The notes under the pieces: model-generated | Databases searched by the model: none | What the model was told of the DNA's origin: nothing | Seen by the model: the letters and a program-made list of their open reading frames with translations, nothing else | Made by a program: the position numbers and the translations under genes | DNA from: Rozella allomycis CSF55 | Lineage: Eukaryota | Direction of reading: 5' to 3' | DNA: 64,000 bases | Assembly (NCBI GenBank): GCA_000442015.1 | Contig: KE561167.1 | Coordinates: 1-64,000, forward strand | Shown here: piece by piece, positions 25,517 to 38,992 of the stretch | How the letters are laid out: the number at the start of each line of letters is the position of its first letter | How positions within the stretch are numbered: the first letter of the stretch is position 1

Positions 25517-25916
25517 TTAATAGTAGTAATAATATTTCTTATAATGTCCGTGGCCGCGATGTCCATGATTGCGGTGGCCATGATGATTTCCGTGATGGCC
25601 TTTATGTCCGTGGCCATGTCCATGGCCTTTGCCATGCCCGTAACCATAGCCGTAGTCTTCATACGAGTCATAATAATCATTCTTTCCATCAGAGTATTTG
25701 TCGGAGTAGTAATCATCATAAGAGTCATCATCCCCACGCTTTCCGAAATGACCACGTTTATGATGTCTACCACCATATCCATATCCATTACTAATCATTA
25801 TCATTATATATATCATACTAATCATATGGGGAATAATCATCAGAATATTTGTCGTATCCGTAGGCCAATGTGGCAGGAGACAATGCAGACAAGAGAGCCA
25901 AGATTGTGAACTTCAT
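25517..25916 (-). CDS. Small secreted Gly/His/Tyr/Asp-rich protein
   Basis: MKFTILALLSALSPATLA signal, 28-nt intron, then GYGYGGRHHKR...GHGHGHKGHHG...YKKYYYY. Confidence 0.8.
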
Positions 25917-26170
25917 TATAGTTAGTGCACAAACAGTGGTATTTTATAGTTTTTTGGCATTAAGGTGACAAATTATTATCTGATCTTGATTTAGGGATTA
26001 CCAATCCCCAACAAACTTGTCACCGGCGAGAAAGATGATGTTTTTAGGTCTCTTAATTATCGACTCGCACCTGCTTTAACAATAATATAAAAGGAGGGGC
26101 TAAAAAATGAACACTAGATATTATTGGTCGGTAAATCCTTTTATTTATAATGCCGGAGAGTGAGCCTTGT

Positions 26171-28434
26171 TTAAAATGCAGCAAATTCTGAAGCCGGATT
26201 TATCTTTTGACGCATGACTCTTCCACGTTTCTTGGCTGCTTCTGCTTCCTCCTTTCTCTTTGCTGCTCCTGAGAGATATTTCTTTGACTCTATAGGTTTT
26301 TCTTTCAATCCAAATGACTTGGCAACGTGACCTAAATGCAAATTCTTGACATGAAAATAAGCCTTTTCAGATTGAGGATGAGTGGAATAGGCCTTTAAAT
26401 AGGACATTAAAGCAGTTCGAGCCATTTTCACCATCTAATTAAAGAAAAAAGATTTAAAATTACTTTTTCTTCAACGAATTGTTCGTATTGATATTGAAGT
26501 TTTATTTGAGCATTTTCATCGCCGATTCTGGAGAGCAAAACGTCGCATTCTTCAGAAATAAATTCCATTCCCATTTCTTTTAATACTTCAACATATCCAA
26601 TTTCACTTGGCTGCATGAAAAGAACCGCTTCACCTCGATTGTTAAGTCTGGCAGTTCGTCCGATTCTATGAACGAAATCTTTCACATCACAAGGAGCATC
26701 GAATTGCACAATCATGTTCACTAAAGTGGATGCGTTCCAATCCAATCCACGAGCAGCAACGTCTGTACAAAACAATATCCCGTTCTGGGATTTGGAATAC
26801 TCTTTGAAAATATTCGAACGATCAATTTGTTCCATTGACCCATGAAGTCTAAATATAGGAAAATTTGATAAAATAGCGCTAGTGCTCTTGGCAGCAGTAA
26901 GTTTCCCATCTTCTAACTGTTCTTCATCTTCACTGTCTGATTCATCATCGCTTTCTGCGTCCTTTAATGATTCACGTTTGAAGAATGTGAGTAAAGTATG
27001 ATAAAATTCTACTGAATCTTTGCAAGCCAGAAAAACAATTGCCTTGAATGGTTCTTTGTTATGAATCATGTTAAGCTTAATATGTTTTTCTAATAAAGAA
27101 TATAAAGCTAGAAATCTTAATTTTGTAGGAACAACGACACATTTTTGAATTAAATTTGATGGAATGACTATTTTCCCTTCTTCTTGCAATTGACCATGTA
27201 TTGTGACTGGATTCTTCAATGTTTCCCCCGCTAAACTTGAAACCTTCTCTGGAAGAGTTGCACTACACAAAATGACTTGAAATGTCTTTTCACTCTTATT
27301 CTTCAGTAGTTCCAAAATTTCTTTAACTTTCTTCTCAAATCCCATATCCATCAATCGATCAGTTTCGTCTAAAATCAATGTCTGTATAAACTTGGAATCA
27401 AAACTAGAAGTAGTTTGCAAATGATCTAATAATCGTCCAGGAGTAGCAACAAGGATGTGGATTCCTTTTCTCAATCTTGCCTTTTCAGACTTCCTTTTAT
27501 CCCCACCAACAATAACACCTGGCACTAGAGTCACTCTACACTCATCAGACACTTGCAGCGGACCTGAAAGCAATTTCTCTAACACACTATAAATTTGCTG
27601 CGCTAATTCTCTAGTAGGCGTCAAAACAATGGCCAGGGTCCCAAGATCTCTAATATTCGTGTTTTGAACCTTCAAAGATTCCGCTAGGAGAAGACACCTC
27701 TGTATCACAGGTAGTAGAAATGCAAGAGTCTTGCCAGAACCAGTCATTGATTGCATACACAAATCACGCTCAGGTTGTTCCAATAAACACCCAATAGTTT
27801 TGGATTGAATAATAGTTGGTTTTGATATACTGTTTTTATCCAGTTTTTCTATAACTGAGGGCAATAACCCAAGCCCTTCAAAACTCAATTCTTCATTACC
27901 GAAAATATCTTGAGAGTATTCTTGTGATTTACGCTCTGTAGTAATTAATTCAATTCTATCTATAGTTTTTTCTTGTGGGACTTGTTTGGTTGACAATTTT
28001 GAATTTCCAGTCGCTGGTCTCTTTGCCCTCTTGATTTGTAATTCTGGTTCAGATATGTCGTCTTCATTGTCTCCAGTTTTTTCCAACTTTCTCTTGACTG
28101 GTTTTGAGCCTTTTGATTTGTTTTTTAACTTTAAAAGTAATTCCTTGGTTGATGTTGACGGCGACTTCATTTTATCAATTAATACAATATCTTTATTTGA
28201 CACTTTCGAAGGCTCTGTATTTTTTATTGTAGCCATATCACTTGGATTATTTTTCTTTAACTGTTCCGCTTTATCCTTTTGTAGATTCTCTAAAAAGTTC
28301 TGTCTGTCGGATTTTTCTTTCGCATATGTTCTCTTGGACTTCTTTTTTCTATTAGCTTCTACTCTTTGTTTCCATGTAACTTTTTTCTTCTTCTTTACGC
28401 TGTCATCTTGGACAATATTTAACAAAAAACTCAT
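26171..28434 (-). CDS. DBP7: DEAD-box rRNA helicase Dbp7/DDX31
   Basis: TGSGKT, PTRELA, KRKSEKARLRKG, DETD, SAT, HRIGRTAR, LHLGHVAKSFGL. Confidence 0.92.
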
Positions 28435-28731
28435 TAAGATTTTTGTTGCAGCCAAGCCACAGTTGTGTATTCACTTTGTAAAGTCACATCGTGTTTTCAT
28501 CATGCACAAAAAACTACAACAACTTCTGTTACAAAAACTATAGACCGTTCATTTTTTAAAATAAACTCACACCCTGCCTTTTTTGTTGAACACGTTTATC
28601 GCAATCTCCAAAACTGGTAAAATTATCAATCACATTGTTTGTAAAATATTTCATCCTTCAAGTCAAATTATGCACAGGAATATGGAAAAAGGTGCCTATA
28701 AACATTTTTATACCCTGGTCGAACTTCACAC

Positions 28732-29707
28732 ATGACCGAATCAGCTGGCCTGTTTCCTTCTACAAATTCCCTTCGCCGCCACAGTTATGCCGCGCATACC
28801 CCATACACGAATGTGCGAAGCCATAGTCTCAGCGAAATAGACGGTCAGGACCGTAAAAAGCGAAGTCGCACTACCCCTGAGCAATTAAAGGCTTTGAACG
28901 AGGCCTTTTATGCAAACCCCATGCCCACTGCAGCGATGAGAAATATTCTTGCAGATAAGCTAAACATGCTTCCGCGCTCGGTACAAATATGGTAGTCTTT
29001 ATGTTAGTTTTTGTTGTGATAGGTTCCAGAATAGAAGGGCAAAGGAGAAACACGATAGAAAGCGGAAAAAGTATGATGAGGTAGCAGAAGCTCATAAACT
29101 AAGGTCTAATGGTCATTTGACAGATTACATGCCGTCATCTTCACTATCATCATATGGATTCAATGACCAACAGTTGAACCACATGCTGCCTCCAACCACT
29201 CCTAAAAAGGCCCATCCATCGATAGATTTTGGTATTAACAAGTTTTACAATTCGTCAGGCGGTGAGTATGGATTTACATATGCAAATCCAGAATGGCGCC
29301 AAATTGATCCACAGATGATTACTTCGACAAATAGCTCAATACATGCAGATATGCCTCAACAACTAGTCTATGCCGATGAAAGCACGTATCAATCGCCATA
29401 TACTCAAGATTATATTTTTGGTTACGACCCTTCTCCAGTTTTGCAAATGTCCGCCACTGAGGATTCATTTAATTTTGATTCATTAGGTTTGAATAATTCA
29501 AGCAGTTATTTTGATCCAAAGTTTCGCCGTTGCTTTTCACTTCCAGATATAATGCACTCTATGCCCCAGACCCAAGTAGAAAAATATTTTGATAATGAGT
29601 AGGTTGATTATTTGCAGCAAATGAAGCCTAGCGAAATGACTCTGGAAGAACTTGAGCTGGAAGACAATATAATGAAAGAATTTATTGTCGATGAAGAACT
29701 TTTGTAA
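28732..29707 (+). CDS. Homeodomain transcription factor
   Basis: RKKRSRTTPEQLKAL...RSVQIW-intron-FQNRRAK. Confidence 0.9.
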
Positions 29708-29838
29708 ACCGATTATTTCAGTTTTAATAAATTTTATTAATTTTTGAATGCGCTTTGAGATTTGAAATGCTAATTGATTCATAGTGCATTAATAACGCCC
29801 TTGACGATTTGAGCGGGAGGGTTAAGTAAATTTCAAGA

Positions 29839-32142
29839 ATGGACGAAGATGATTTGTTTGAGCTAGAACAAGAGATTATGAAAGAAGAAGAATCTAAATC
29901 CAGGACAAGTAAAATATATTTGAACTTTTTACCAGAACGCCTGTACACATCTCTGATGGAAATGGATAGTAAATTGTTTCTGAAATATTGATAGAAATAA
30001 AGCTATATACAAGCTCATCACCAAGACAGATATCAAAGAAATATAAATCATTCCAAGGCACGCCAATTCCCGAGTATGAAGACGAGAATCTAGAGTTGGG
30101 CACTTTTGTAACCATGAAAATGGGCAATGGACATTCCATGAAGATTAAAAAACGCGATTCTATACCATGGATTGCAAAAACAGTAAAGCAATAGGATGTG
30201 TATTATAGAAAACCAATGCGGACTGTAACAAAGTTGTGGAGACTATATCAAACTTGGCCGAGTATTCCACGAGGGCACTGAATGATGATTTTGAGGATCT
30301 GAGAATGCTTGAGCATGGGGATTTGTGGGTAGATAGATACAAACCTAAGGACTTTGGCAAGCTGTTGACGGATGATGTGATTAAGACTGATGTATTAAGA
30401 TGGGTTGGGAAATGGCGCCATGTGGTCTTTGGGACTGATAAAAAGGAAGCAGTAAGTTGAAATAATTTAAGAGAAAGGAAAAAGCGTATAAAAATCTGGA
30501 ATGGAAGATGATGATGATTCATGGACCGCCTGGACTAGGAAAGACAACGATGGCGCATACGATTGCGCGAACGGCTGGGTATTCGGTGGTTGAAATCAAT
30601 GCGAGGTAATTTTAATTTTATGAGGAGAAGAGTGATGATCGATCCGGAGAAAAGGTGAAGGATTTGATTAAAAGAGCATTGGAAGTTAAGCAGAATATTA
30701 AAGAAGGGAAACCAAACTTGATAATTGTTGATGAAATAGATGGAGCTTTGGCTGGGGATAATGTAAATAGATGAAAAATTAGATTACCAGGGATTAATTA
30801 GTTATTTGTGTAAAATAAAGAATAAGAGACCAATAATTTGTATTTGCAATGACGCATATTCATCAGTGCTAAAGAATTTAAAGCAAAGATGTTTATTGGT
30901 TGGGATATCGAAGCCGAGTGTTTCATTCTTAGCAAAGAGATTGAAAGAAATTTGTGAGCGTGAAAAACTTCTAGTTGACATGCGATGTCTATCTGCGTTG
31001 TGTGAAATTACTAATTGTGATATCCGCTCGTGTCTTTTCACTTTGCAATTCTTTCATAGAAAATTGAAGCAAGGACAGCCATTAACACTTCAAATGTTGA
31101 TTGAAAGTAGCATCGGAATGAAAGATCAACATTTGGGTTATTTTTCAGAGTTGAATGAAATTTTATTTGTTTCTGATATAAAACAACAAAGAGTTAAACA
31201 AGAAAAGTCAAAAATTAAAAGTGTTGTTGATAAAATTGATTTTGGAAATTTCGAAAAACTTTTTCAAGGTAAAAATGATTTGAATCGTTTAAAGGATGTT
31301 TTGAAAATTATTTGAATTTAAAGTTTCATGATGATAATAAATTTTCTAAATTAATTTCATTGCATGATTGGATTTTGTTTTATGATAGAATCCAGAAGAA
31401 TATGAATTGTAACCAATACGCTGTTTACTCATTGGCGTCATTTCATTTAACAGTAGCTAATAGAAATGTAAATAATTATTATTTAATTTATCCAAAATCT
31501 GATTATGAAGTAAGTTAAACTTTCTTGTCATCAATAGGCCAATTTGTTAAAGAAACAAAATAGAGATCTAATAACAAGATTCATGACTAATTCACCATTT
31601 CTGAAAAGTTCAAATACAATTGAAAGAATCAGAATTGAATTGATTTCAAAGTTTTTAAGAATTATCGATCCAAATGTTTTATCTGTAAGTTTATTTCATT
31701 CCATTGAAAAGGTGAATCCGCAAATCTTGAAATCTAAAGATAAACAAAAATTAGAAAGAATTATTGATTTAATGGTTTTCTATAAATTAGATTACATTGA
31801 AGCAAGCCAAAATGAATACAAATTATCAACTAATATATCAAGCACACTATTAACACCTTTAAACGTTAAAAAACATTCTTATGCTATTCTTCAATACATT
31901 CATTCGCACATTTCTAATGGTTCAATATCAAAAACTGACTTGAAATCAAAAAAGCAACCTCTTCAGTCAAAGCTAGTAAAAATTTATCTTTTAATTCATA
32001 GAATTATTTTTCTTCTGCTCAGAATATTCCTAAACAGGAAACCAAAAAGATAAAGCAAGAATCATTTCCATTCTTTTATAAATACAATGAGGGCTTCAGT
32101 AACGCCGTCAGAAAATCAATTAAAATAAAAGATCTCATTTAA
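29839..32142 (+). CDS. CTF18: Ctf18 alternative clamp-loader subunit
   Basis: LWVDRYKP, GPPGLGKTTMAH, EINAS-DDRS, VDEIDG, RPIICICND, YKYNEGFSNAVRK. Confidence 0.92.
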
Positions 32143-32252
32143 ACATCATTAATTTTATATTTGATCTGATAATAAATGTCATCTAATCGTTTTCAACAAT
32201 TGACCTGAAATTTTTTAGTTGAATCAGATATTCGCTTTACCAAATTTCAGAA

Positions 32253-34624
32253 ATGCCACCCAGAAAGAAAACATCAAAACGAACCAGAAACGATGAAGTA
32301 GAAGACTACGACGACGAAATAATGCCTGTTGCTGAAATATCTTCAGATGAAGATGATAATTCCGACAATTTACTGACTACCATGCAAGCCTTAAAAGCAG
32401 ATCACGAAAACAGACCGCTCTGGGTTGCAGATGACGGTAGAATATTTTTGGAAAGCTTTTCGCCAATTGTCGAACAAGCTCAAGACTTTTTGGTTGCGAT
32501 AGCGGAGCCAGTGAGCAGGTACATTTGAATGGGAAATTAAATAGACCAACATTTATACATGAATACAAGTTGACACCTTACTCTTTGTATGCTGCTGTTT
32601 CTGTTGGCTTGAAGACTCATGATATTATTGATGTGCTGAATAGACTGAGTAAAATGGTTGTACCTCCAGGCATCAATGAATTTATAAAGTCTTGTACAAT
32701 GAGTGTAGGAAAAGTGAAACTTGTCTTGAAACAAAACAGATACTTTGTTGAAAGTTCTGCACCTGACTTACTAAAAGTTCTCTTGAATGATCCTACAATA
32801 TCAAGTGCAAGGGTTGTAAAGGAAGGTGATGAAATTGAGCAAAGCAGAGCGGAAAAAGAAAAGCAATTATTTCAGTTTCAATCAAATGATAAAAAAGAAG
32901 AAGATTTGAAAGAAAAGAATGTACCAGAAGACATATTGAAAGCGATGCTCCAGATTCAAGGTAAGTTGATTCATTGGCTGTGATAGAAAATCATGAAGAG
33001 AATGAAGAAATAGGAGAAGAGGGTGAAATGCTTCATTCGTTTGAAATAATGGCATCTCACGTTGAAATAGTAAAAAAGAGATGCATTGAACTGGATTTAC
33101 CAATGTTGGAAGAATATGATTTTAAGAATGATTTAATAAATCCTAATCTTGAAATAGATTTAAAGCCTTCTACTATCATTCGTCCTTACCAAGAAAAGTC
33201 TTTAAGTAAAATGTTTGGGAATGGAAGAGCGAGATCTGGAATCATTGTCCTTCCTTGTGGTGCCGGTAAAACTTTGGTTGGAATAACTGCCGCTTGTACA
33301 GTGAAGAAGAGTATTTTAGTTTTGTGTACTTCTGGTGTGTCAGTTGAACAATGGAAAAGACAATTCATGTTCTTTTCTTCTATACCTGCAAATAAAATAG
33401 CAATGTTCACTTCTGATAGCAAAGAACGATTTTCTTCTGATGCTGGTATCGTGATCTCAACGTATACGATGGTTGCTTTTTCAGGTAAACGTTCTCATGA
33501 TGCCCAGAAAATGATGGAATTTCTTCAGTCAAGAGAATGGGGACTGCTTATTCTTGACGAAGTTCATGTTGTTCCTGCACAAGTTTTTAGACGAGTTTTA
33601 ACTAATATCGCTGCTCACGCAAAACTTGGGTTAACAGCTACTCTAGTACGAGAAGATGAGAAAATTGGAGATTTAAACTTTTTAATTGGCCCTAAACTGT
33701 ACGAAGCTAATTGGCTGGATCTGAGTAAACAAGGTCACATTGCAAATGTTCAGTGTGCTGAAGTTTGGTGTAGAATGGTGCCTGAATTCTACAGAGAATA
33801 TTTAAAATCTTCAGCTGATAAACAAAAAGTTTTATATGTCATGAATCCAAACAAGTTTCAAGCGTGTCATTATCTTCTGAACTTTCATGAAAGCAGAGGT
33901 GACAAAATAATAGTCTTTTCTGATAACGTTTTCGCCCTAAAGAAATATGCGATTCACTTCAAAAGACCTTTTATTTATGGCGGTACAAGTCAAGCTGAAA
34001 GGGTTGCCATTTTACAACAATTCCAGTCCAATCCAAATGTCAACACAGTTTTCCTTTCTAAAGTTGGTGATACTTCAATTGATCTTCCAGAAGCAACTTG
34101 TCTTATTCAAATTTCTTCTCATTATGGATCTAGAAGACAAGAAGCACAGCGACTGGGCAGAATTCTGAGAGCGAAAAGAAGAAACGACGAAGGATTTAAT
34201 GCCTTCTTTTATTCTCTAGTGTCCACAGATACTCAAGAAATGTACTATTCTTCAAAGCGGCAACAATTTTTAATCGATCAAGGCTACGCTTTTAAAGTTA
34301 TCACAGAGTTCAAAAATATCGAAAAGACTCCAAACCTTGTTCTAAGTTCAAAGCAAGAGCAAAAAGAATTGCTGCAGGAAATACTTTGGACTACAGAGGT
34401 AAGATGTATATCTACACTGTATTTAGGCGGACTTGAAAGAAAAAGATGATGAACCAAAGCAATCCAGTTCTTCAAGTCAATCCGTCAAGCGAACAAAAAC
34501 TGCACTAAAATCTTTATCTGGGGGCGATTCAATGGCCTATTTGGAAATTAATCAAGCATCTAGAGTCGAGAAACCTAGACACAAATTGTTTCAACAGTAT
34601 TTTAATTCTGGCAAAAAGAAGTAA
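32253..34624 (+). CDS. SSL2: TFIIH XPB helicase
   Basis: [53 protein letters not shown]. Confidence 0.97.
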
Positions 34625-34743
34625 CCTAATGATTATCAATAAATAATTTTATAGTAAAATATTTAAAATTGCATTCTTTACTCAAAAATGTGAAGAGCTT
34701 TGGTTGTATTCTGTTGTAAAAAACACGCGATTAATACTTACAT

Positions 34744-34825
34744 GGTGAGATGGCCGAGCGGTCTAAGGCGTATGGTTCAAGTTCTTATCTCTTCGGAGGC
34801 GTGGGTTCAAATCCCACTCTCACTA
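34744..34825 (+). tRNA. tRNA-Leu(CAA), type II, intronless
   Basis: Acceptor GGTGAGA/TCTCACT, D arm, anticodon loop TT-CAA-GT, variable arm CTC-TTCG-GAG, GTTCAAATC T loop, T-run downstream. Confidence 0.88.
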
Positions 34826-34923
34826 TTCTTTTGTCCTTTTTCCTTCTTTTCCTTGGCCCCTTTTGTTTTAAGGCAAACTGTCGAGAAACAGAATTGTAGT
34901 TAAAACGATTTATTTTATACAGT

Positions 34924-36917
34924 TTATGGTCTGCTAAAGGAATAATTTGAGGAATATCTACGATTAGCATATGATCTTGAATTTAGGATTGAGCTATCAA
35001 AAGTTCTTCTATGAGGGTGACTGTTATGGCCGCTGAATTGATAGTTTTTGGATGAGAGAATGTCTGATTTCAAGTGCGATAATCCAGAACGCATTTCATC
35101 CAAAGTTTCAGGAAAGCTGTACTTTCTATGGTGTGAATTAAGATAACCTGTGTGGGGGTTATATGTCTATACTAAACCAAGGGATTAAAAGGTACTCTGT
35201 AAGATCTCCGATAATCTGAAATGGAATCTGACAATTTCGAATTCATGTATCGCCTGTGATCGTTGATTAAATCATCGCCTCGGTTTAATTCCTTTTGAAG
35301 ATTTCGAAGATAGTTTGATCTACTGGAGTAATCTGGTGCACTAAGGTGTGTTGGTTTCCTGTAAGTCTCTAAATAATCATCAAATGATGTAGCTTGCTTA
35401 GATAATTCAATTGGTCTGTTTCTTAAATATTCTTTGATTTTTGATATTTCTTGTTGTTCTAAATCCATTTCATGTTTTAATTGTTTTGCTAAACTTTCTC
35501 TATTCTAAAATTGAACTATTTCGATTACGTGTTCAGATTTTCTGAATTGTTTGAAACTTGGTTTTTGAGATTTAAATCCTCAAGTTTTTTCACGTATTGT
35601 TTTATTTCCCCAAGTATTTTATCATCTTCTGTTAAAGTTTGTTGCATTGTTTGATCGTCTTGAGAATTTGACATTAATTTTGTTTGTTGATTATTTTCTT
35701 CCTTGGAGACAAAATTTTCATTTTGAATTTCTCTGAGAATTTTTTCTTTTTTAGATTTTTGAAAATAAAATTCAATTTTGGAAGAATCGATAACTTCCAT
35801 TGTATTTTTATGACAATTCTTTACAATTTCATCTAATTCAACAAACTTTCTTTCTTGCTCGTCAACTTTTAAAGTTAATTCGTCTACTATTTTGGTTGGA
35901 TCAAATTCTTTCAATGTATTTGAAGATATTCTCTCAATTTCAATAAAACTATTTTCTATCCCCTGGTCATTCCTGTCTTGATCTATTCCTGATTTCACAT
36001 GACCAATTTCGTTTATTTCCAAATGGGAATTTTCATTTAAATCGTTCAATTTTAATGTGCTATCATTTTGAATGCTAATTTCTTCTTTCGGTAAAATACT
36101 CAAAATTGATAAATCTTCTTCATTCTTTTCATCGACATTTGAACAGGCCTCGCTTTTGAAATCATTTCCATTACAAACCCCAGGAATAATACTTTCTTCT
36201 ATATCCTTAAATTGTTCATCATCATGATCTTGCGTTTCATCTTCAGAGTCACTGAGGTCGAATTTATTGTCCTCAAAATATGCCGGCTTGTCTTCCTTGT
36301 TATAAATTCTTTCATTATTTGATTTGCTTTGTGGTTCTTCAATCTTGCAAACTTCAACTTTAGCATGCGCAATAGATTCGGGTTTATTTGACAATGACCC
36401 GAGTACTTTTGGCTTTTCTATCTTCTTCATATTTATTTCCGGTAAAGGTGTCTTTGCCTTTGGCGGTTTCAAAGAATTTTTTGGTGTCATCACCAAGTTG
36501 TTAATTTTCCTCGCAGTTTCTATTTTCTCCACTTTAACGTCTTCCTCATTTTTGGTGTTTCCAAACCCCGTTTTCGTTCTTTTCAATCTTTCTTCTTCTA
36601 CCATCTCCTTGAAAACAGGATCACAAGGATGCTCCCATGAACTTTCACCAGTCACAAAATTAAAGTAATACAGCATGCCATCCTCTGTTTGACTTTTCAT
36701 AACATCTTTTTCATTTTACCATGGTTTCCAGTTTTTAGGAAGTGGCGTTTGCAATCCCTTCTTGGCAATCCACATTAAATGACCTTCTGTCTCCATATCT
36801 ATTCCAATATATTCAGCGTATTCTTCCAACTCTATTTTAAGAATTGTGGATCCGTTTACCCTCTTGTGTTGGCTCATGGTTAGAATCAATTCCATCCTCT
36901 ATAATAACACCATCCAT
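34924..36917 (-). CDS. CEP164: CEP164-like centriole distal-appendage protein (N-terminal WW)
   Basis: EPTQEE..EYAEYIGID...LMWIAKKGLQTPLPKNWKPC...YYFNFVTGESSWEHPCD then coiled-coil. Confidence 0.8.
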
Positions 36918-36987
36918 AAGATTTCAAATTGTCAATTAATTATTATGTAAACAACTCTACTTGGAAAAATGCCAAATCTATTCTATT

Positions 36988-38072
36988 TTATTTATGAAAA
37001 ATTGAAAACCCAATAACGCCAATGGCCACAATAAATGTCGCCAAAATTTTATACTGATTAATGCATTGAGATTGTGATATAGAACAATAAAGCAGAGATG
37101 ACGCAAAAAACACTGAGCATGCACGAACAGCTTGTATTACACCCATACTTACAGCACCCACAGAATTTAGAAGTTTGAAATATGAAAAAGAATGTGAAAA
37201 GGAAGCGAAAATCAAACTTGCGTAACAAATGATAACATACTTGACACCTGTATGAGATTTGCTTTGGAAAGGAACTTCAACAATTTCATGCCATTTTGGT
37301 ATCGTAAAAGATATTATATAAATCAAAGATATAATGAAAGATGTAAGTCCTACACAGCAGCAAATTAATTCTGGACTATGATTCTTCTTGGCGAGAATGC
37401 GCTCATTGAATATATAGACGCACGAAAAGAATAAGGTACCCGTTATTGTCAGTAAAAGGCCAATTATATCTTTTAATAAACTTGTTCATTATTACTTGTA
37501 TTCGATCTAAGCGTTTTCCCACCAATAGTACCTGTGCTGCCTAAGGAACTTATCCAAAGTCCAATAGTGATCAAAATCAAAAACATCCATTGCTTTTTTG
37601 TTAATGTTTTCTTTAGAATTAATTTGGACAACATTGCATTAAATATAACTATTGATGAGCTCACTACTTGATAAATCTAAATATGACCGGCCAAACTTAT
37701 TGTTACTCCACTTCCTACCATAAAAAGACCAACAGTGGCACATGATATCGCAGCAATATCAAAAATAGACACAATGAGAACTTCTTTCCATGGAAGAGCA
37801 GGTTCAGGAAGTATTTCAAATGGCTTCCTAGCACCAGTTGGAGTTAATGGTGACATGTGGAACTTTTCTTTGCCTTTATCTCCTGCCGATGGTATTACGA
37901 AATAGACCAATGCCATACCTAGATAGTTGGCGGCAATGGTCAAGAAAGAACTTTTAGAAGCCGCGCCTTGATAGAATAGCCACTGTTGTCCCAAAGTTTG
38001 GAATATTCCTGTAAGCAAAAAATTAATTTGGTGAAATAGAACCCATGGAGAACGATGCTTAAAAAACGCCAT
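36988..38072 (-). CDS. DMT-superfamily (SLC35/EamA-like) membrane transporter
   Basis: Multiple hydrophobic helices over three exons; IVIFNAMLSKLILKKTL.KKQW motif. Confidence 0.7.
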
Positions 38073-38176
38073 CCTTCTTGATTGTATGTGAATTGTGGCG
38101 TATACCGTGTACGAAAATGATCGAGGCCAACATCTAAGGTTTAAGCAGATTTATTTATATTAATTGAGCATGTCTT

Positions 38177-38923
38177 CTAGGTGTATATTATATCAACTGG
38201 GCAGGAACCTGATTTCGACACACACTTGGCCATCCCATTGGCTACTTCACATGTAGATCCGGCAGGACATGTTGTGTTGTACCAGGAGCCAGAATCACAG
38301 ACAAATACAGTTCTTCCATCACACTTCATTTGCATGTCTTGGCAGTCTGCCTGGAACTCCTGTACATTAATTGACGACTTCGATGCACAAACAGGATAGT
38401 TAGCTAAAGTTTCGGTACAGTATGTTTGAGTAGGACATCTGAAATCGACCCAAGAGTTAAAGTTACAAACCGAAATAGTTGTCTGATCTTTACAAATGTA
38501 TTTTCCATGACTTGAGCATTCTTTGTTATCAGGTGTTGTTGGGGCCGATTTGCATGTCGTTTTTCCGTTAAGTACTACGCATGTAGCATTTTCTTCACAT
38601 TTATCTTCAATTTGTTGGTTATCTGTGCAATGTACGCGTGTCTGCAAATCTTTGCAGTACTCTACGCAGGTGTTATGAAGCAAAGCCTCAGTGACCGATA
38701 ATTCGGATGCATTGGCGCAGACAGGGAATGCTGATCGCTCTTTGGTACACGCTGTTCCAGGAGGACAACCTAACGACACCCATCCAAGGTGTCCGCATAC
38801 TTCGATGTTTGCAGAGTCTCCTGAGCATCGATATGTACCAATTTTGCAATCATCTTTCTTGCTAATTACGCTAGATTGACATAGAGCCATTAAAAGAGAT
38901 ATGCCTAAGAGGAAGCAATTCAT
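38177..38923 (-). CDS. Secreted Cys-rich protein with tandem CBM19-like chitin-binding modules
   Basis: Signal peptide; repeated C..G.Y.C....VC....W....CP.G..C units. Confidence 0.7.
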   Translation of the reverse strand: MNCFLLGISLLMALCQSSVISKKDDCKIGTYRCSGDSANIEVCGHLGWVSLGCPPGTACTKERSAFPVCANASELSVTEALLHNTCVEYCKDLQTRVHCTDNQQIEDKCEENATCVVLNGKTTCKSAPTTPDNKECSSHGKYICKDQTTISVCNFNSWVDFRCPTQTYCTETLANYPVCASKSSINVQEFQADCQDMQMKCDGRTVFVCDSGSWYNTTCPAGSTCEVANGMAKCVSKSGSCPVDIIYT

Positions 38924-38992
38924 TACCTATTGTTTTGTAAATAAACAATTAACAAACGCGATTAAATTAAATATATTTGAAATTGAAAAGAT

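Noticed and set aside
36940-36960. GTAAACAAC upstream of CEP164 as a forkhead or X-box ciliary motif
   Set aside because: Single short match in AT-rich DNA; not distinguishable from chance
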